Shown here one piece after another: positions 20,399 through 30,953 of a stretch of 64,000 nt of DNA. The stretch spans positions 32,001 to 96,000 of the forward strand of contig CAWJBB010000034.1 of NCBI GenBank assembly GCA_963840855.1. Direction: 5' to 3'. Position 1 is the stretch's first letter. Each line of letters opens with the position of its first letter. The position numbers were made by a program, and so were the translations under genes. Source of the stretch: an uncultured delta proteobacterium (GTDB taxonomy: Bacteria; Desulfobacterota; Binatia; UBA9968). The notes beneath the pieces are model-generated. The model saw only the letters and a program-made list of their open reading frames with translations. It ran no database searches and was not told the origin of the DNA.

Positions 20399-20471
20399 GT
20401 TCCGTTTCTCCCCTGTCTGAGGTTGGTCCACCTGTATCAATTGTCGCGGCATCGATCTGCGCCGCCGGAGG

Positions 20472-20647
20472 CTAGTTTGGTGACCCAGAGATTTCGCAAC
20501 AAAGAGTCAAAGCCCTCAGGTGTCATTGCCGCGAAAGCGGCAATCCAGACCTCTTTGAATTTCCTGGATTCCGGGTCGCTCTAGCTATCGCCAGCTTGCC
20601 CGGAATGACGTTTGAACTTTGTTTGCGAGCTACAGTCATAACACTAG
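20472..20647. mobile_element. CTAG-bounded MITE-like element enclosing a REP doublet (20522-20609)
   Basis: ctagt...ttcgcaacaaagagtcaaa pairs with tttgaactttgtttgcga...actag; inner REP as at 7244-7331. Confidence 0.6.
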
Positions 20648-20757
20648 TCTCGAAATTCTTTTTGAATCCTTTGTGCTATTATACTTAGAAGTTTCGCGGC
20701 CCGCGCAAATTTTACCAGCCGTCTTTTGCCCTTTAGTTACGGACGCCTAGGATTATT

Positions 20758-20848
20758 CTCCCGCCAAGACGCCAAGCTCGCAAAGGCCCCACCCGACCCT
20801 TCTTTTTTTCATCTGCTAACTTGGCGCCTTTGCGCCTTTGCGCGAGAT
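20758..20848. repeat. CGCCAAG/CTTGGCG palindromic repeat
   Basis: cccgccaagacgccaagctcgcaaag...cttggcgcctttgcgcctttgcgcgag. Confidence 0.75.
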
Positions 20849-20935
20849 ATTCCGAGTCTTTTGGTTAGAGCTCTGCCACCCTAGGCTCTTTGCGTGAAAA
20901 TTTTATCTTCTCTTTGGCGTGAATCAGCTGCGTCT

Positions 20936-21931
20936 CTAGCGCGCGGCCAACGCCGATTTGATAAAACCGCTCTGGTCCAACTCGCGCACAAACCGGCTGT
21001 CGACAAAGTCTTCCGGCTTGGCAACCTTGGCTTTGGGCGATTGGCCTTCCACGCTTTGGAGTAATCCAGCAACCCCCGATGGGTAGGGTGGAAAGTTGAA
21101 GCCGTTTTGGATGATCAAGTCATAGGTTTCTTCGAGCACTTCCCTGTCGTCGGTGCGAAAGTATTTGCCCATCGCTTTAATGGCAAACGCCCTATCCTTT
21201 TGGCCGCGCGCGGCGCCTTCGATATAGGCTCTGACGAAACGCCTCACCGTCTCCTCGTTGGTTTTGATGAATCTACGCGTGGTCACCAAGCCGTTGACGT
21301 GATAGTCCAGGTCGAGCTTGGACAAATCCAAAATCTCTTTTAGCTTAAGTCTCTTCGCTAACAGCGTCGCCGGTGGGGTAATCGCCGCCGCGTGAACTTT
21401 GCCCGCCGCCATCGCGGTCACTGTCTCTGCCGGGCCACCGGTCTGGACCATGGTGACATCGCGCTCCGGGTCGATGCCGTAGCGCCGCAGCGCGAGGCGC
21501 GAGGCGAGATCCGACTGGGTGCCGAAGCGCGTCACACCAAAAACTTTGCCCTTTAAATCTTCCATGCGGGAAATGTTCGGTTGGCTGAAGATCCACCAGC
21601 TAAAGCGCTTCGCGATGGTGGCAATAATCACCGTATCGGCGCCCGCCAGAGCGGTCTGAATCGGGCCGGCGCCACCCGCCTGGATGACGGGTAGTTCTCC
21701 CGACAACATCGCCTGAAGCGCCAACGAGCTGCCCGGTATGCTGATTACTTCGACGTTGAACCCATTTTTTTCATAGTAGCCCCCTTCCTTGGCGAACCAG
21801 AGCGCCATTTGCGTCGCCGACGCCGAACCGCCGCCGGTGCGCAATTTTTCAAGCTGTTTCTCCTGCGCCGGGGCCATCGAAATGTAACCAAATGCGACGA
21901 TGAAGGCGCATATGCAGTAACGAAATATCAT
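20936..21931 (-). CDS. NMT1/SsuA/TauA-like ABC substrate-binding protein
   Basis: Signal peptide, AKEGGYYEKNGFNVE, DLKGKVFGVTRFGT, GIDPERDV. Confidence 0.88.
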   Translation of the reverse strand: MIFRYCICAFIVAFGYISMAPAQEKQLEKLRTGGGSASATQMALWFAKEGGYYEKNGFNVEVISIPGSSLALQAMLSGELPVIQAGGAGPIQTALAGADTVIIATIAKRFSWWIFSQPNISRMEDLKGKVFGVTRFGTQSDLASRLALRRYGIDPERDVTMVQTGGPAETVTAMAAGKVHAAAITPPATLLAKRLKLKEILDLSKLDLDYHVNGLVTTRRFIKTNEETVRRFVRAYIEGAARGQKDRAFAIKAMGKYFRTDDREVLEETYDLIIQNGFNFPPYPSGVAGLLQSVEGQSPKAKVAKPEDFVDSRFVRELDQSGFIKSALAAR

Positions 21932-22159
21932 GGTTCAATCCTTTCTCGCTTTGACGGACGGATCGAGAATTTTGCCCGGCATCCAAGAGTCAGCAGCTCG
22001 GCGCAAGATCGGCCGAGTATACAACAACCCACGGGGAGTTTGTCGAGGGGAAAGACGCCGTCCGTCTGAGCAAACGGCCGTGAAAATCGCAAGCCATGAA
22101 GTCTTGAGTGTCCATGAAGATTCGGAGTAAGGTTAGACCGACCAGTTCGAGAGCGGCAC

Positions 22160-22921
22160 ATGTTTCCTTATCGCGACGAGAACGAAACCCAACGCCTGGC
22201 TATCGTCACGGGGGTGATCATTGCCCTGAACATCCTTGCGTGGATCGCCATACAGGGCGCCGGCGCCACTTTGCCGCTGGCGACATCAATCTGCGAGCTC
22301 GGCCTGATCCCCGGAGAGTTGACGCTGTCGCTTCCCGTCGGGACGCGCTTCCCAATGGGCGATGGACTGGTCTGTACCACCGATCCCGGTCCCCAACCCT
22401 TGCATCTGATAACGTCGATGTTCCTGCATGGATCGTGGATGCATCTATTAGGCAACATGTGGTTTTTGTGGCTCTTCGGCAATAACGTCGAGGATTCCAT
22501 GGGTCGGTTGCGCTTCGTAGTGTTTTATCTCATCTGCGGGCTCGCCGCCGCGCTCGGGCAGGTTATTACGAGCCCAAACTCCGCGATTCCCATGGTCGGC
22601 GCGTCGGGCGCGATCAGCGGCGTCATGGGCGGCTATCTCGTTCTCTATCCCAGAGTTCGGGTTTTCACCTTGGTGACTCTCGGTTTCTTTTTCACTTCCA
22701 TTGCGCTACCCGCGTGGGTAATGCTCGGTTACTGGTTCCTCATCCAGTTTGTCAGCGGATTCGTGTCCTTCGGCGGTGACAAGGGCGGCGTCGCGTTCTG
22801 GGCGCATGTCGGCGGATTCGTCGCGGGCTTGGTGCTGGTTAAATTGTTCGCCCGCTCGGATTACGTAGCGGCGCACCGGTCGCACCACTGGCGCCCGCAG
22901 CGCGTCCTGCGCGAGTGGTGA
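22160..22921 (+). CDS. Rhomboid family intramembrane serine protease
   Basis: TSMFLHGSWMHLLGNM, VGASGAISG, AFWAHVGGF. Confidence 0.95.
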   Translation: MFPYRDENETQRLAIVTGVIIALNILAWIAIQGAGATLPLATSICELGLIPGELTLSLPVGTRFPMGDGLVCTTDPGPQPLHLITSMFLHGSWMHLLGNMWFLWLFGNNVEDSMGRLRFVVFYLICGLAAALGQVITSPNSAIPMVGASGAISGVMGGYLVLYPRVRVFTLVTLGFFFTSIALPAWVMLGYWFLIQFVSGFVSFGGDKGGVAFWAHVGGFVAGLVLVKLFARSDYVAAHRSHHWRPQRVLREW

Positions 22922-23131
22922 TCCCTTCATATTCGGTCGAACCCACGCCGGGTTGACAGCTCGATAAGAACCGTAATAAGACTTCGACCAATTCGGCGCT
23001 GCTGCCGCCCAGCGGTTTACGCGCGGAAATTCAATTTAGCCTGAAAGGTAAATTCACGGTAAACTCAATGATTGGCCGCAGTCGCTGGATTAAATTTTTT
23101 TCAATAGCCTAAATCAAATTCGGAGGTACCT

Positions 23132-24484
23132 ATGGATGTCACCGCAAAGATCGCTGAGTTCGCCGCCCGCCTGAAATATGATCAGATTCCTGCGCCGGCG
23201 CTGGAGGTAGCAAAGAAGGCGGTGCGCGATTGTATCGGGGTCGCTCTGGCCGGAAGCAAAGAGGAAGACGCGAAAATCTGCGCCGAGATCGCGCGCCAGG
23301 AGGGCGCCAAGGAAGAGTCCACCGTCTATGGTCAACGCTTGAAGACGTCGGCCATCCATGCGGCTTTCGCCAACGGCACCGCGGCCCACGCCATGGACTT
23401 CGATCATAGCTTCACTTTGACCGGGCAACCCACCGCGCCCATCATACCCGCGGCCTTCGCCCTCGGTGAAGCGCTGGGCGCCGGCGGCCGGCAAATCCTC
23501 GAGGCGTACGTTGCCGGTTTCGAGACCACGGGAAAATTGGTTTTCTCGCTGCGCGAGGCGACTCAAGACGGTTGGCATGCGCCGGGCATTCTGGGGATTT
23601 TCGGCGCCAGCATTGCCTGCGCCAAGCTGCTGGGGCTAAATGCCCCTCAGATTCAAATGGGGTTAGGCATCGCCGCGTCCATGGCGAGCGGCGTGGTCGC
23701 GAACTTTGGCACCATGACAAAGCCGCTGCATGTGGGCCTCGCCGCCAGAAACGCCGTCACGGCGGCCAAGCTCGCGCAGTCGGGTTTCACTGCCAACGCG
23801 CAAGCCATCGATGCGGGAGTCGGCTTCTACGAAAGTTTCTATCACGGGTCGCCCGTAGATACCCGGCCCATCGAAGAGCTTGGAAAAACTTTCGCCCTGG
23901 AAACGGATGGTATCAGAATCAAGCCATATCCATGCGGCGGGCTTACTCATCCAACCATCGATGCCACCTTTGAGCTCTGCGCCAAACATGGCATCAGTGC
24001 CGACATGATCGAGTCGGTCGACGCCGCCGTTACCAAGAATACTTACAACCGCATTGTTTTTAAGGTTCCACAAAACGGCATCCAGGGAAAATTTTGCATG
24101 CCCTATCTTTTGTCGCGCGCGATCATCGATAAAAAAGTCGGCCTCGACATTTTCACCGACGAGGCCGTGCGCGATCAAAATGTTCTCAAATTGGCGGAAA
24201 GAATCGAGATGCGGCTCGATCCCAATCTGAACGCGAGCAACCCCGGCGGCCGTCCCTGCCGCGTCACCATCCGGCTGAAAAACGGCCAGACCTATTCTTG
24301 TGAGAAACAGCACGCCAAAGGAAGCCCCGACGTGCCCATGACTCAGGAGGAGCTTAGAGGGAAGTTCACCGACTGCGCGCGCTTAACTCTGGACCGGGAT
24401 ACTACCGAGCGAGCGCGCGAATACATCGAGGGCCTGGAGACGCTGAGCGATATCAGGCCGCTTTGCCAGTTACTTAGGGGCTGA
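23132..24484 (+). CDS. MmgE/PrpD family protein
   Basis: AAFANGTAAHAMDFD, NFGTMTKPLHVG, IKPYPCG, KFCMPY. Confidence 0.92.
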   Translation: MDVTAKIAEFAARLKYDQIPAPALEVAKKAVRDCIGVALAGSKEEDAKICAEIARQEGAKEESTVYGQRLKTSAIHAAFANGTAAHAMDFDHSFTLTGQPTAPIIPAAFALGEALGAGGRQILEAYVAGFETTGKLVFSLREATQDGWHAPGILGIFGASIACAKLLGLNAPQIQMGLGIAASMASGVVANFGTMTKPLHVGLAARNAVTAAKLAQSGFTANAQAIDAGVGFYESFYHGSPVDTRPIEELGKTFALETDGIRIKPYPCGGLTHPTIDATFELCAKHGISADMIESVDAAVTKNTYNRIVFKVPQNGIQGKFCMPYLLSRAIIDKKVGLDIFTDEAVRDQNVLKLAERIEMRLDPNLNASNPGGRPCRVTIRLKNGQTYSCEKQHAKGSPDVPMTQEELRGKFTDCARLTLDRDTTERAREYIEGLETLSDIRPLCQLLRG

Positions 24485-24552
24485 CCTAACTTCAGCCCTC
24501 GCTGGCGATCTAAAGTAAAAAAATTTCCCCGCGGCTGACACCTTTGAATCGG

Positions 24553-26719
24553 TTATTTCGCCAGCGGGTCGGGCCGCAGCTGGAACTTGACGACCTTGGG
24601 CTTAGTGCCTTTGCCGCCTTCCATGTGGAACGGCGTGCGCGTCCCCGTGGTCGCCCACAGTCCTCTGCCCTTCCAGCCGCCTTTCGGATCGTCGATGCGG
24701 CCATCCATCCACTTGGCGTAGAAGCCAAGTGGATAGGGCACGCGGAGATTGACGAAGTTGCCGTCGACCAAGGCGAGCAGTGAATCATTCAGGTTGCCGG
24801 TGGCGATCGGAATATCCTTGCCCAAGCCGAAGGTGTCGAACTGATCGACCCAAGTATAGTAACTCGCCTCGGCGCTGCCCGGCTCTTTCAAGCTCTCAAA
24901 GTTTGGTCCGGGAAGAGTATAGAGGGTCCAGCCTTCCGGGCAGTGTTTGCCCGTAGCGTTGGGGCCGTTGAGCGGGCCTTTGCACTTGCGCCTGTCGAAA
25001 GCGGCGAGATGTCCGCTGGAGAGCGATGACCAGACCACACCGTTTCGATCAATGTCCATGCCGCGAATACCATACCCGCCTTGCTCGAGCGGGACTTCGT
25101 AAATTTCCGCTAGCGCAGTCTCTGACGGATTTGAGCCGGGATTAAGGCGCACGACGGAGCTGGGAAATCCCTGCGAAGAGCCCCAGATCGTCCCGTCCAC
25201 TGGGCTTACGGCAACGCCATAGAAGGCCGCCACGACCCGCTTGTCTTTGGTCGAATCCACCGGCTGGTTGGGCTCGACCCACTCGTCGCGTTTGCCGTTG
25301 CCGTTGGTGTCCAGGATGAGCGGGGTCCAGCCTTGCGACTTTTGCTCATCGGCGGTCTCTTCGAACATTTTCCGGTTTAGCCAGCCGACAACACCGCTCG
25401 TTGGACCGCCGGCGCTGGTCCAAAGCGTGTGATTGGCATCCTCGGCGAACACAAGATGATGGGTTGAAAAGCAGGTGCTGATCAGCGTGAATTTTTTTGA
25501 TTTTGGATCGTACATCGACAGATGCCGGTTCGCGCTGTTCATCGGAAAAACCTTGGCCGAGGGGTGATCCGATCCTTTTTTGCAAAAAGCCGGATTGTCC
25601 GGCGGCCGGATTCTCGCGGTAAACCACACGCGCGCCTTTTCATCCATCATCGGATTATGCTGGTTCGACTGGCTATCCCAGATCGGCTCCGCGCCCCAAT
25701 AAGGCGACGGGGTTAGCGCGTCCGTCCTCGCCGATGGCGTGTTCGGATCGCGCACTGGATGTTTAATTTCGAACGCTCTGTGGCGCACCGGGTCGAGCAC
25801 CGGAACCAAATCCGTGCTTAACTCGGTAGCACCGAAAATCGGCCCGTTGGCGTTGACCGTCGGGTTACGCTTATCCGTAGAAATCTCATCGTGCAGATAA
25901 GCTCTCGGGTTACTCCAATCCCACACCGTGACCACCACATTGCGCTCGACGCCCTGCGGTCGCGCGGGTTTCGCATTGGGGAGCGCGCCGGCGGCGATCC
26001 GGTCGGTCCAATCGCCATACAACTGAGCGGCCAGCTTGGGTTCGATTCTGTTCATGGCGTTGAGCATCGAGGTCATCGCTTGTCCGGAAACGATGCGCCG
26101 CTGCCAGGCGTCTGCGGGATCTTTGAAAGTGCCCAGTTCCTTGGGAATCGTACGGGTCGCCTTGTTGCCAAGCTGGTGGCAAGTATTGCAGCCGTTGGTT
26201 TTGACTACGTCCAACCACTGCTCCTGATGTCGCAGTTTTTCCGGCATGCCGTTGCCTGTTTCTCCGGTGCCTGGGAAAAGTGTCTTGTCAGGAATCTTGA
26301 GCATCGAATACCAGTAGATTGCCGGATAGTATTCCGCCGCCGCAGCTTCACTCGGCGCCACGACTGCTTTCAAATTGAGAGTCTTGCCCGGCGCGGCTTT
26401 GACTTTTGGCGAATCGACGAGCCCGTAGCCGCGCACCCAGACGGCGTAATTGGCCTTCGGCAGATCGGGAATAACGTAGCGCCCTTGATCGTCGGTGGCG
26501 ACGATCTTTGCGAACTTCGTGGGCAGATCCGTCGTCTCCGCGATCACCCAAACTCCGGCTTCCGGCCCCTTGGCGCTCCTGACCACGCCGCCGATGTCGT
26601 CCTTGTCGATGCGCACCGAGCCATTTTGCTGGCTACCCAATTCGACCGGATAAGGCGCTCAGAAGTGCCGCGACGCCGACGGCCACCATGCCTAAGTAAA
26701 CCAGTCTTGTCGTTCGCAT
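24553..26719 (-). CDS. Secreted CxxCH / beta-propeller protein, paralog 2 (frameshift at end of signal peptide near 26652)
   Basis: MRTTRLVYLGMVAVGVAALLSA joins SQQNGSVRIDKDDIGG after removing one T; CNTCHQ. Confidence 0.85.
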
Positions 26720-26950
26720 ATCGCGCTCCTTTTCTGGGCTATGCGCCGATTCCTGACTTACCTCGAAACAGCACTGAACAAAAACCAGCCCAGACCGACT
26801 CTTGGATTCAAAGATGTGACCGGTTGGAGGACCCGTTCGAGAACTGCGCGACACTTAACCGAAAACTCAGTTTGCTGTCAAACCGCTCTGGAAGAATAAG
26901 AAACGATCAGTGAGGGGTTGGTAAAATCTGAAATTTCCAATTTCCATCCT

Positions 26951-27173
26951 GTCATTCAGAACGGAGCGTAGCGGAGTGAAGAATCTCGACCGAGATCTGG
27001 AGTTTATCCTGAGCGTTAGACTGTGTGAAAACTCCGTTCATGGTTCGACCGGGCTCACCACGAACGGATGTCGGACATTACAAATCGAGCGTTTAGCCGT
27101 TCGCCCTGAGCCTCGTCGAAGGGCTCCTAAAGGGTTTTCACACAGTCTGGCGCAGCCGAAGGACCGCGATGAC
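26951..27173. mobile_element. Nested REP/MITE composite with an internal 15-bp perfect IR element (27018-27148)
   Basis: Outer GTCAT...ATGAC; AGACTGTGTGAAAAC / GTTTTCACACAGTCT; inner CCGTTC...GAACGG hairpins. Confidence 0.7.
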
Positions 27174-27322
27174 AGACACTCGCGTGACCATGCATTTGTT
27201 AACTTTATTATTTCTCGGACCCGGAGGTTAACACCATCATATCCGAACATGTCTTTTACCAGTTCCTCTACGCCAAAGTGGCAAAGGTATTCAAAGATCG
27301 GTTTTTCTGGTACAAATGGATC

Positions 27323-27559
27323 ATGAAAGTGAAACGAAAATACCCCATCGTCGTGGTCAAAGAGAAAAAGGACTACTGGGCTTACATCCCTGACATTCCT
27401 GGAATTTATGGCCGCGGGAAAAGTGCAAAGAAGGCTAAGGCAGATATTTATCAGGCACTTTCTCTTTATATCGAAGACTGTCTTGCCGATGGCGATCGGG
27501 TTCCCGTTTCTTCCGCCAGGATAGTCGACGTTGACACCTTATCGATAGCTGTCGGTTGA
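27323..27559 (+). CDS. hicB: HicB-family antitoxin (short form)
   Basis: YPIVVVKEKKDYWAYIPDIPGIYGRGKS...A...YIE....GDRVP. Confidence 0.85.
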   Translation: MKVKRKYPIVVVKEKKDYWAYIPDIPGIYGRGKSAKKAKADIYQALSLYIEDCLADGDRVPVSSARIVDVDTLSIAVG

Positions 27560-27562
27560 TAG

Positions 27563-27769
27563 ATGCCTACGGCGCGTGAGGTCGTGAGGTTTCTAAAGCG
27601 CAAAGGATTCGTCGAAAAACGGCAAAAAGGGTCTCATCTTCTATTGCAGAATCCTTCGACGGGTTATCGTACTTCCGTGCCGATCCGCCCAGGTGACCTT
27701 CCCACTGGGCTATTTGTCAAAATTCTCAAAGACGCCGGCATCACGCTGGCAGAGTTCCGAGACGGTTGA
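27563..27769 (+). CDS. hicA: HicA-family toxin
   Basis: REVVRFLKRKGF..RQKGSH...TSVP...DLPTGLFVKILKDAGI. Confidence 0.88.
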   Translation: MPTAREVVRFLKRKGFVEKRQKGSHLLLQNPSTGYRTSVPIRPGDLPTGLFVKILKDAGITLAEFRDG

Positions 27770-27808
27770 TCCAACGCAAAACTCCGATCAACGGATAGGA
27801 GATTTGAC

Positions 27809-27946
27809 GTGACAATTAGACCAATCAAAACCCAACGCGATTATCGCAAAGCGCTTAAGGAGATTGAGAAACTTTGGGATGCTAAACAGAACACGCCTAA
27901 AGGCGATCGATTGGATGTGTTGGTCAAAAGAGCGCGCTCACGATAG
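27809..27946 (+). pseudogene. Truncated HigA-type antitoxin N-terminus
   Basis: AGGAG RBS, GTG start, MTIRPIKTQRDYRKALKEIEKLWDAKQNTPKGDRLDVLV, then stop before any HTH. Confidence 0.7.
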
Positions 27947-28051
27947 ATAAAATGCGAGGAGTCATAACTATTTTCGGGCTTCAAAAAAAGACCTGAACCT
28001 CAAAATCCTCAATACCTCCACTCGGCAACGAAGCCAGCGTGAATCTGACAG

Positions 28052-29656
28052 CTAGCGAACACGCCAGCTCTTATCGACGTAGCGCTGACTTCCAACGTTG
28101 GTTACCTGGATTGTCGCCCTGTACCCCGTAGTTGTCTCTGTCGTGAATGCCCGGGTTTCTATTGGGATCTGTTCTTCGTCCGGCCCGCCATTCAGAGCCT
28201 CCACAAGGACGCGACCATCGAGGCCTTTGGTGTCGGTGATGCCGTTGAGAGCCAAGAGTGTCGGAGTGAGGTCTACGTTGCCGGCTGGGACCCGCAGCGT
28301 GATACCGCGCTTAAAATCGACGCCCCACGCAATAAATGTGTTGCGCACGCTCCACGGGCTCATGCTCCCGTGGCCGCTGGCGGAGCCGCTGAGCGGTCCG
28401 GTAACCGCGTCGGTATTTGTGAAGTTGCTTCCCTGTACGCCGAAAGCATTCCTCGCCGAGCTCCAGGGGAAAGTAAGCACGATGTCAGGTCCGCGCTCGG
28501 CGTGGAACATGTGGATCAACTCGAGAGAAAAAGTGCCGTCGACCCAGCCGCGAACTTTCTCTTGATCTGGCTGACGTGCTGCTGTAAACACCACACCGGT
28601 CCAACTCTGCGACTGCAAAAAACTCACGGTTTGCTTGATCCGCTCCGGGTCACGCCCCTTGACGTGCACTAGAACAGCTTGGCCGCTGGAGGCAATGACG
28701 ACGTCGTCGGAATCCGGGTTCGCCTTGAGCCCCGCCTTAATCAGCTCTTGGGCAATGTTGACCCCAAAGACGTTGAGCCCGAAGCCATGATCCGAGACGA
28801 CAAAGATATTAGTACGGTCCCCGAGACCTACCTCTTGTAGTTTCTTGAGGATGAGGCCAATCTGCCGGTCAGCGTTCTGGATGCTGCGTCGGGCCTCGGG
28901 GGATCCGGCGCCGAACGTGTGCTGCATTTGATCGGGCTCCGCGATCCAGTTCAGCACCACGTCGGGCTGTAATCCCGGGATCACGTACTCTCGGAGCACT
29001 TCTTGGGTCCAATTCACCGAAGTGTCGAACGGGTCCTTCTGCCCTCCTTTGCGTGGGGCTGGACCAAAGCGGGAGAGAACCTCACTGTTGACGTTTGGCG
29101 GATACCCAACAAGTGCACCCGGCTCAAGGTAACCATTAACAAGGATGCCGACCCCTTTAGGGGCCCGTGGATTAAGTAATAGAGTTTGACCGGATGAGCG
29201 AGAGCTTACGGCCGCCAGCTTCATGCCGCGCGCATGAAGCAGTTCCCCAAGACTCTTCACCAGCAGCATGTTTCCGCCAGTCACGTCGTCGAGCTTGAAA
29301 AGGTTTTTGTAATCATTGATGTCGAAGGCTCGGTTGGGGTTGACCTTCGGCACGTACAAATTATTGCCGACGATGCCATTTGTGCCCGGGTATGTGCCTG
29401 TCGCAATAGCCGCCGCGTTAACGCGGGTCACCGTGGGAAATACAGAATGCCCGTTCAAGTAATTAACGCCCTCTTGGCGAAGTCTGAAGAGGGATGGTGT
29501 GTCGTCGAGGTTGATCGAATCCGGACGAAGTCCATCCAGAATGAAGACCAAATTGAGGCGCGCTTTCCCTGGAACTGGTTGCGCCGCATCGGACGCGACG
29601 ACGGCCAGGAATGACGCCACCAAAGCGACTAGAAACTTTGTGATCATTCTTGTCAC
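28052..29656 (-). CDS. Secreted alkaline phosphatase superfamily / nucleotide pyrophosphatase-phosphodiesterase
   Basis: LDGLRPD, VFPTVTRVN, EPDQMQH, VVSDHG, SGHGS. Confidence 0.9.
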   Translation of the reverse strand: MTRMITKFLVALVASFLAVVASDAAQPVPGKARLNLVFILDGLRPDSINLDDTPSLFRLRQEGVNYLNGHSVFPTVTRVNAAAIATGTYPGTNGIVGNNLYVPKVNPNRAFDINDYKNLFKLDDVTGGNMLLVKSLGELLHARGMKLAAVSSRSSGQTLLLNPRAPKGVGILVNGYLEPGALVGYPPNVNSEVLSRFGPAPRKGGQKDPFDTSVNWTQEVLREYVIPGLQPDVVLNWIAEPDQMQHTFGAGSPEARRSIQNADRQIGLILKKLQEVGLGDRTNIFVVSDHGFGLNVFGVNIAQELIKAGLKANPDSDDVVIASSGQAVLVHVKGRDPERIKQTVSFLQSQSWTGVVFTAARQPDQEKVRGWVDGTFSLELIHMFHAERGPDIVLTFPWSSARNAFGVQGSNFTNTDAVTGPLSGSASGHGSMSPWSVRNTFIAWGVDFKRGITLRVPAGNVDLTPTLLALNGITDTKGLDGRVLVEALNGGPDEEQIPIETRAFTTETTTGYRATIQVTNVGSQRYVDKSWRVR

Positions 29657-29718
29657 CTCAACCCTACGACCCTAAAAAACCCCTATCACTGCAATTGCGC
29701 GGCGCGGTTCGAAGATGC

Positions 29719-30762
29719 CTAACAGCCGCGAACACATTTCGCGCTGCCATCAAACTCCATCGTTTTCCCACTCAAGGGCAAGTGCACCGGCCGGCCTTTG
29801 ACCAACTCCGTAAACTGTTTGGCTCGGGTATTGGGATTGACGCGGCCATCCTTGGTCGCCGCTTCATTGGTATGGGAGACGATCACCGCCAGCGGCTGGA
29901 TCAGCTCGTTGATGGCAAAGGCGGCTTCCTCCGGCTGCATGCTTGAAGGCGCGACATTAATGACTGCAAGATTCGCCTTGTAGAAGCCATTGATGATTGT
30001 CTTCATATCGCCGGACAACGCGTTGTCGCCGGTGAGATAGACTCTCAAGCCGTTGGTGAACGCGACTACGTAGCCCACCGCATTGCCGACGTAAACCGAC
30101 AGGGAATCAGCGGCCATGTTAGCCTTTGCGGGATCCGATAGCAGCTCACTCGCCACGTAATTGCTGTGGTCGGCTCTGACCATCGATATCTGCACGCCTT
30201 GGGCAGCGCCGGAGAATTTGAAAGTTCTTTTTCCGCCAATGTGCATGTTTCCCCGGCAAGGCGCAGACAGCGGCACCGTGGTCTCTCGGGCAAGACCCGT
30301 TTCGGCACACGCCGAGACCTCCTTGCCGCGGATCGCCTGAATCTTCTTGATGAGAAACGCATCGATGGGCGGGATGACTACCAGCGCCGAGTTTTTCGCG
30401 GCCGCGATTTCCGCGGTGTTTGAGTTAGGAGCGGCGCTGACGGTTTTGGGCCGTTCGCAGGTGCCGGAATTCATCTCGGGAATTTTACTGCCGCCGATGT
30501 GGTCGTTGTGTGCGTGACTGAGCAACACCGCATGAACATCGCCGAGGCGAGGGTCCGTGCCTCCGGCAATTGTGGCGCCGGCATCGTAAAGAATCCTAAC
30601 GCCCGTCGGATCTTCAAAAAGAAAAGCCCGATCAGCCGAACAGAATTCGCCGTCGTGGGAGCCCAAGGGGGTAATTTTCACGCTCTGCGCTGAAACAAAA
30701 GCCGGCGCCAGGTTCAAGGCCAAGATGATCGCGGCGAAACTCGACAACAGGTACTGTCTCAT
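29719..30762 (-). CDS. Secreted MBL-fold metallo-hydrolase
   Basis: Signal peptide, SHAHNDH, VYLTGD, VIVSH. Confidence 0.85.
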   Translation of the reverse strand: MRQYLLSSFAAIILALNLAPAFVSAQSVKITPLGSHDGEFCSADRAFLFEDPTGVRILYDAGATIAGGTDPRLGDVHAVLLSHAHNDHIGGSKIPEMNSGTCERPKTVSAAPNSNTAEIAAAKNSALVVIPPIDAFLIKKIQAIRGKEVSACAETGLARETTVPLSAPCRGNMHIGGKRTFKFSGAAQGVQISMVRADHSNYVASELLSDPAKANMAADSLSVYVGNAVGYVVAFTNGLRVYLTGDNALSGDMKTIINGFYKANLAVINVAPSSMQPEEAAFAINELIQPLAVIVSHTNEAATKDGRVNPNTRAKQFTELVKGRPVHLPLSGKTMEFDGSAKCVRGC

Positions 30763-30853
30763 AGCCGACTCCTTATAATCGGATATTCCTCCGTCCTGAA
30801 AGCGCCCAGGTTAGACTTGCATAGATCAACAAAGCGACCACGCGGCGCGTGCA

Positions 30854-30944
30854 GTTCAACGTTCAATGATAAAATTTGGCATCGTCCTTATGCGCTTCAC
30901 GAATCATCGGAACACGTTGAACATTGAACCTTGAACTTTGAACC
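30854..30944. repeat. 7-mer (TTGAACN) tandem/inverted repeat
   Basis: gttcaacgttcaa...ttgaacattgaaccttgaactttgaacc; related copy at 40226-40315. Confidence 0.65.
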
Positions 30945-30953
30945 CGTAAGTTT

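Noticed and set aside
26633-26640. TAG read-through (pyrrolysine) in propeller paralog 2
   Set aside because: Continuation is in another frame and is explained by one extra T
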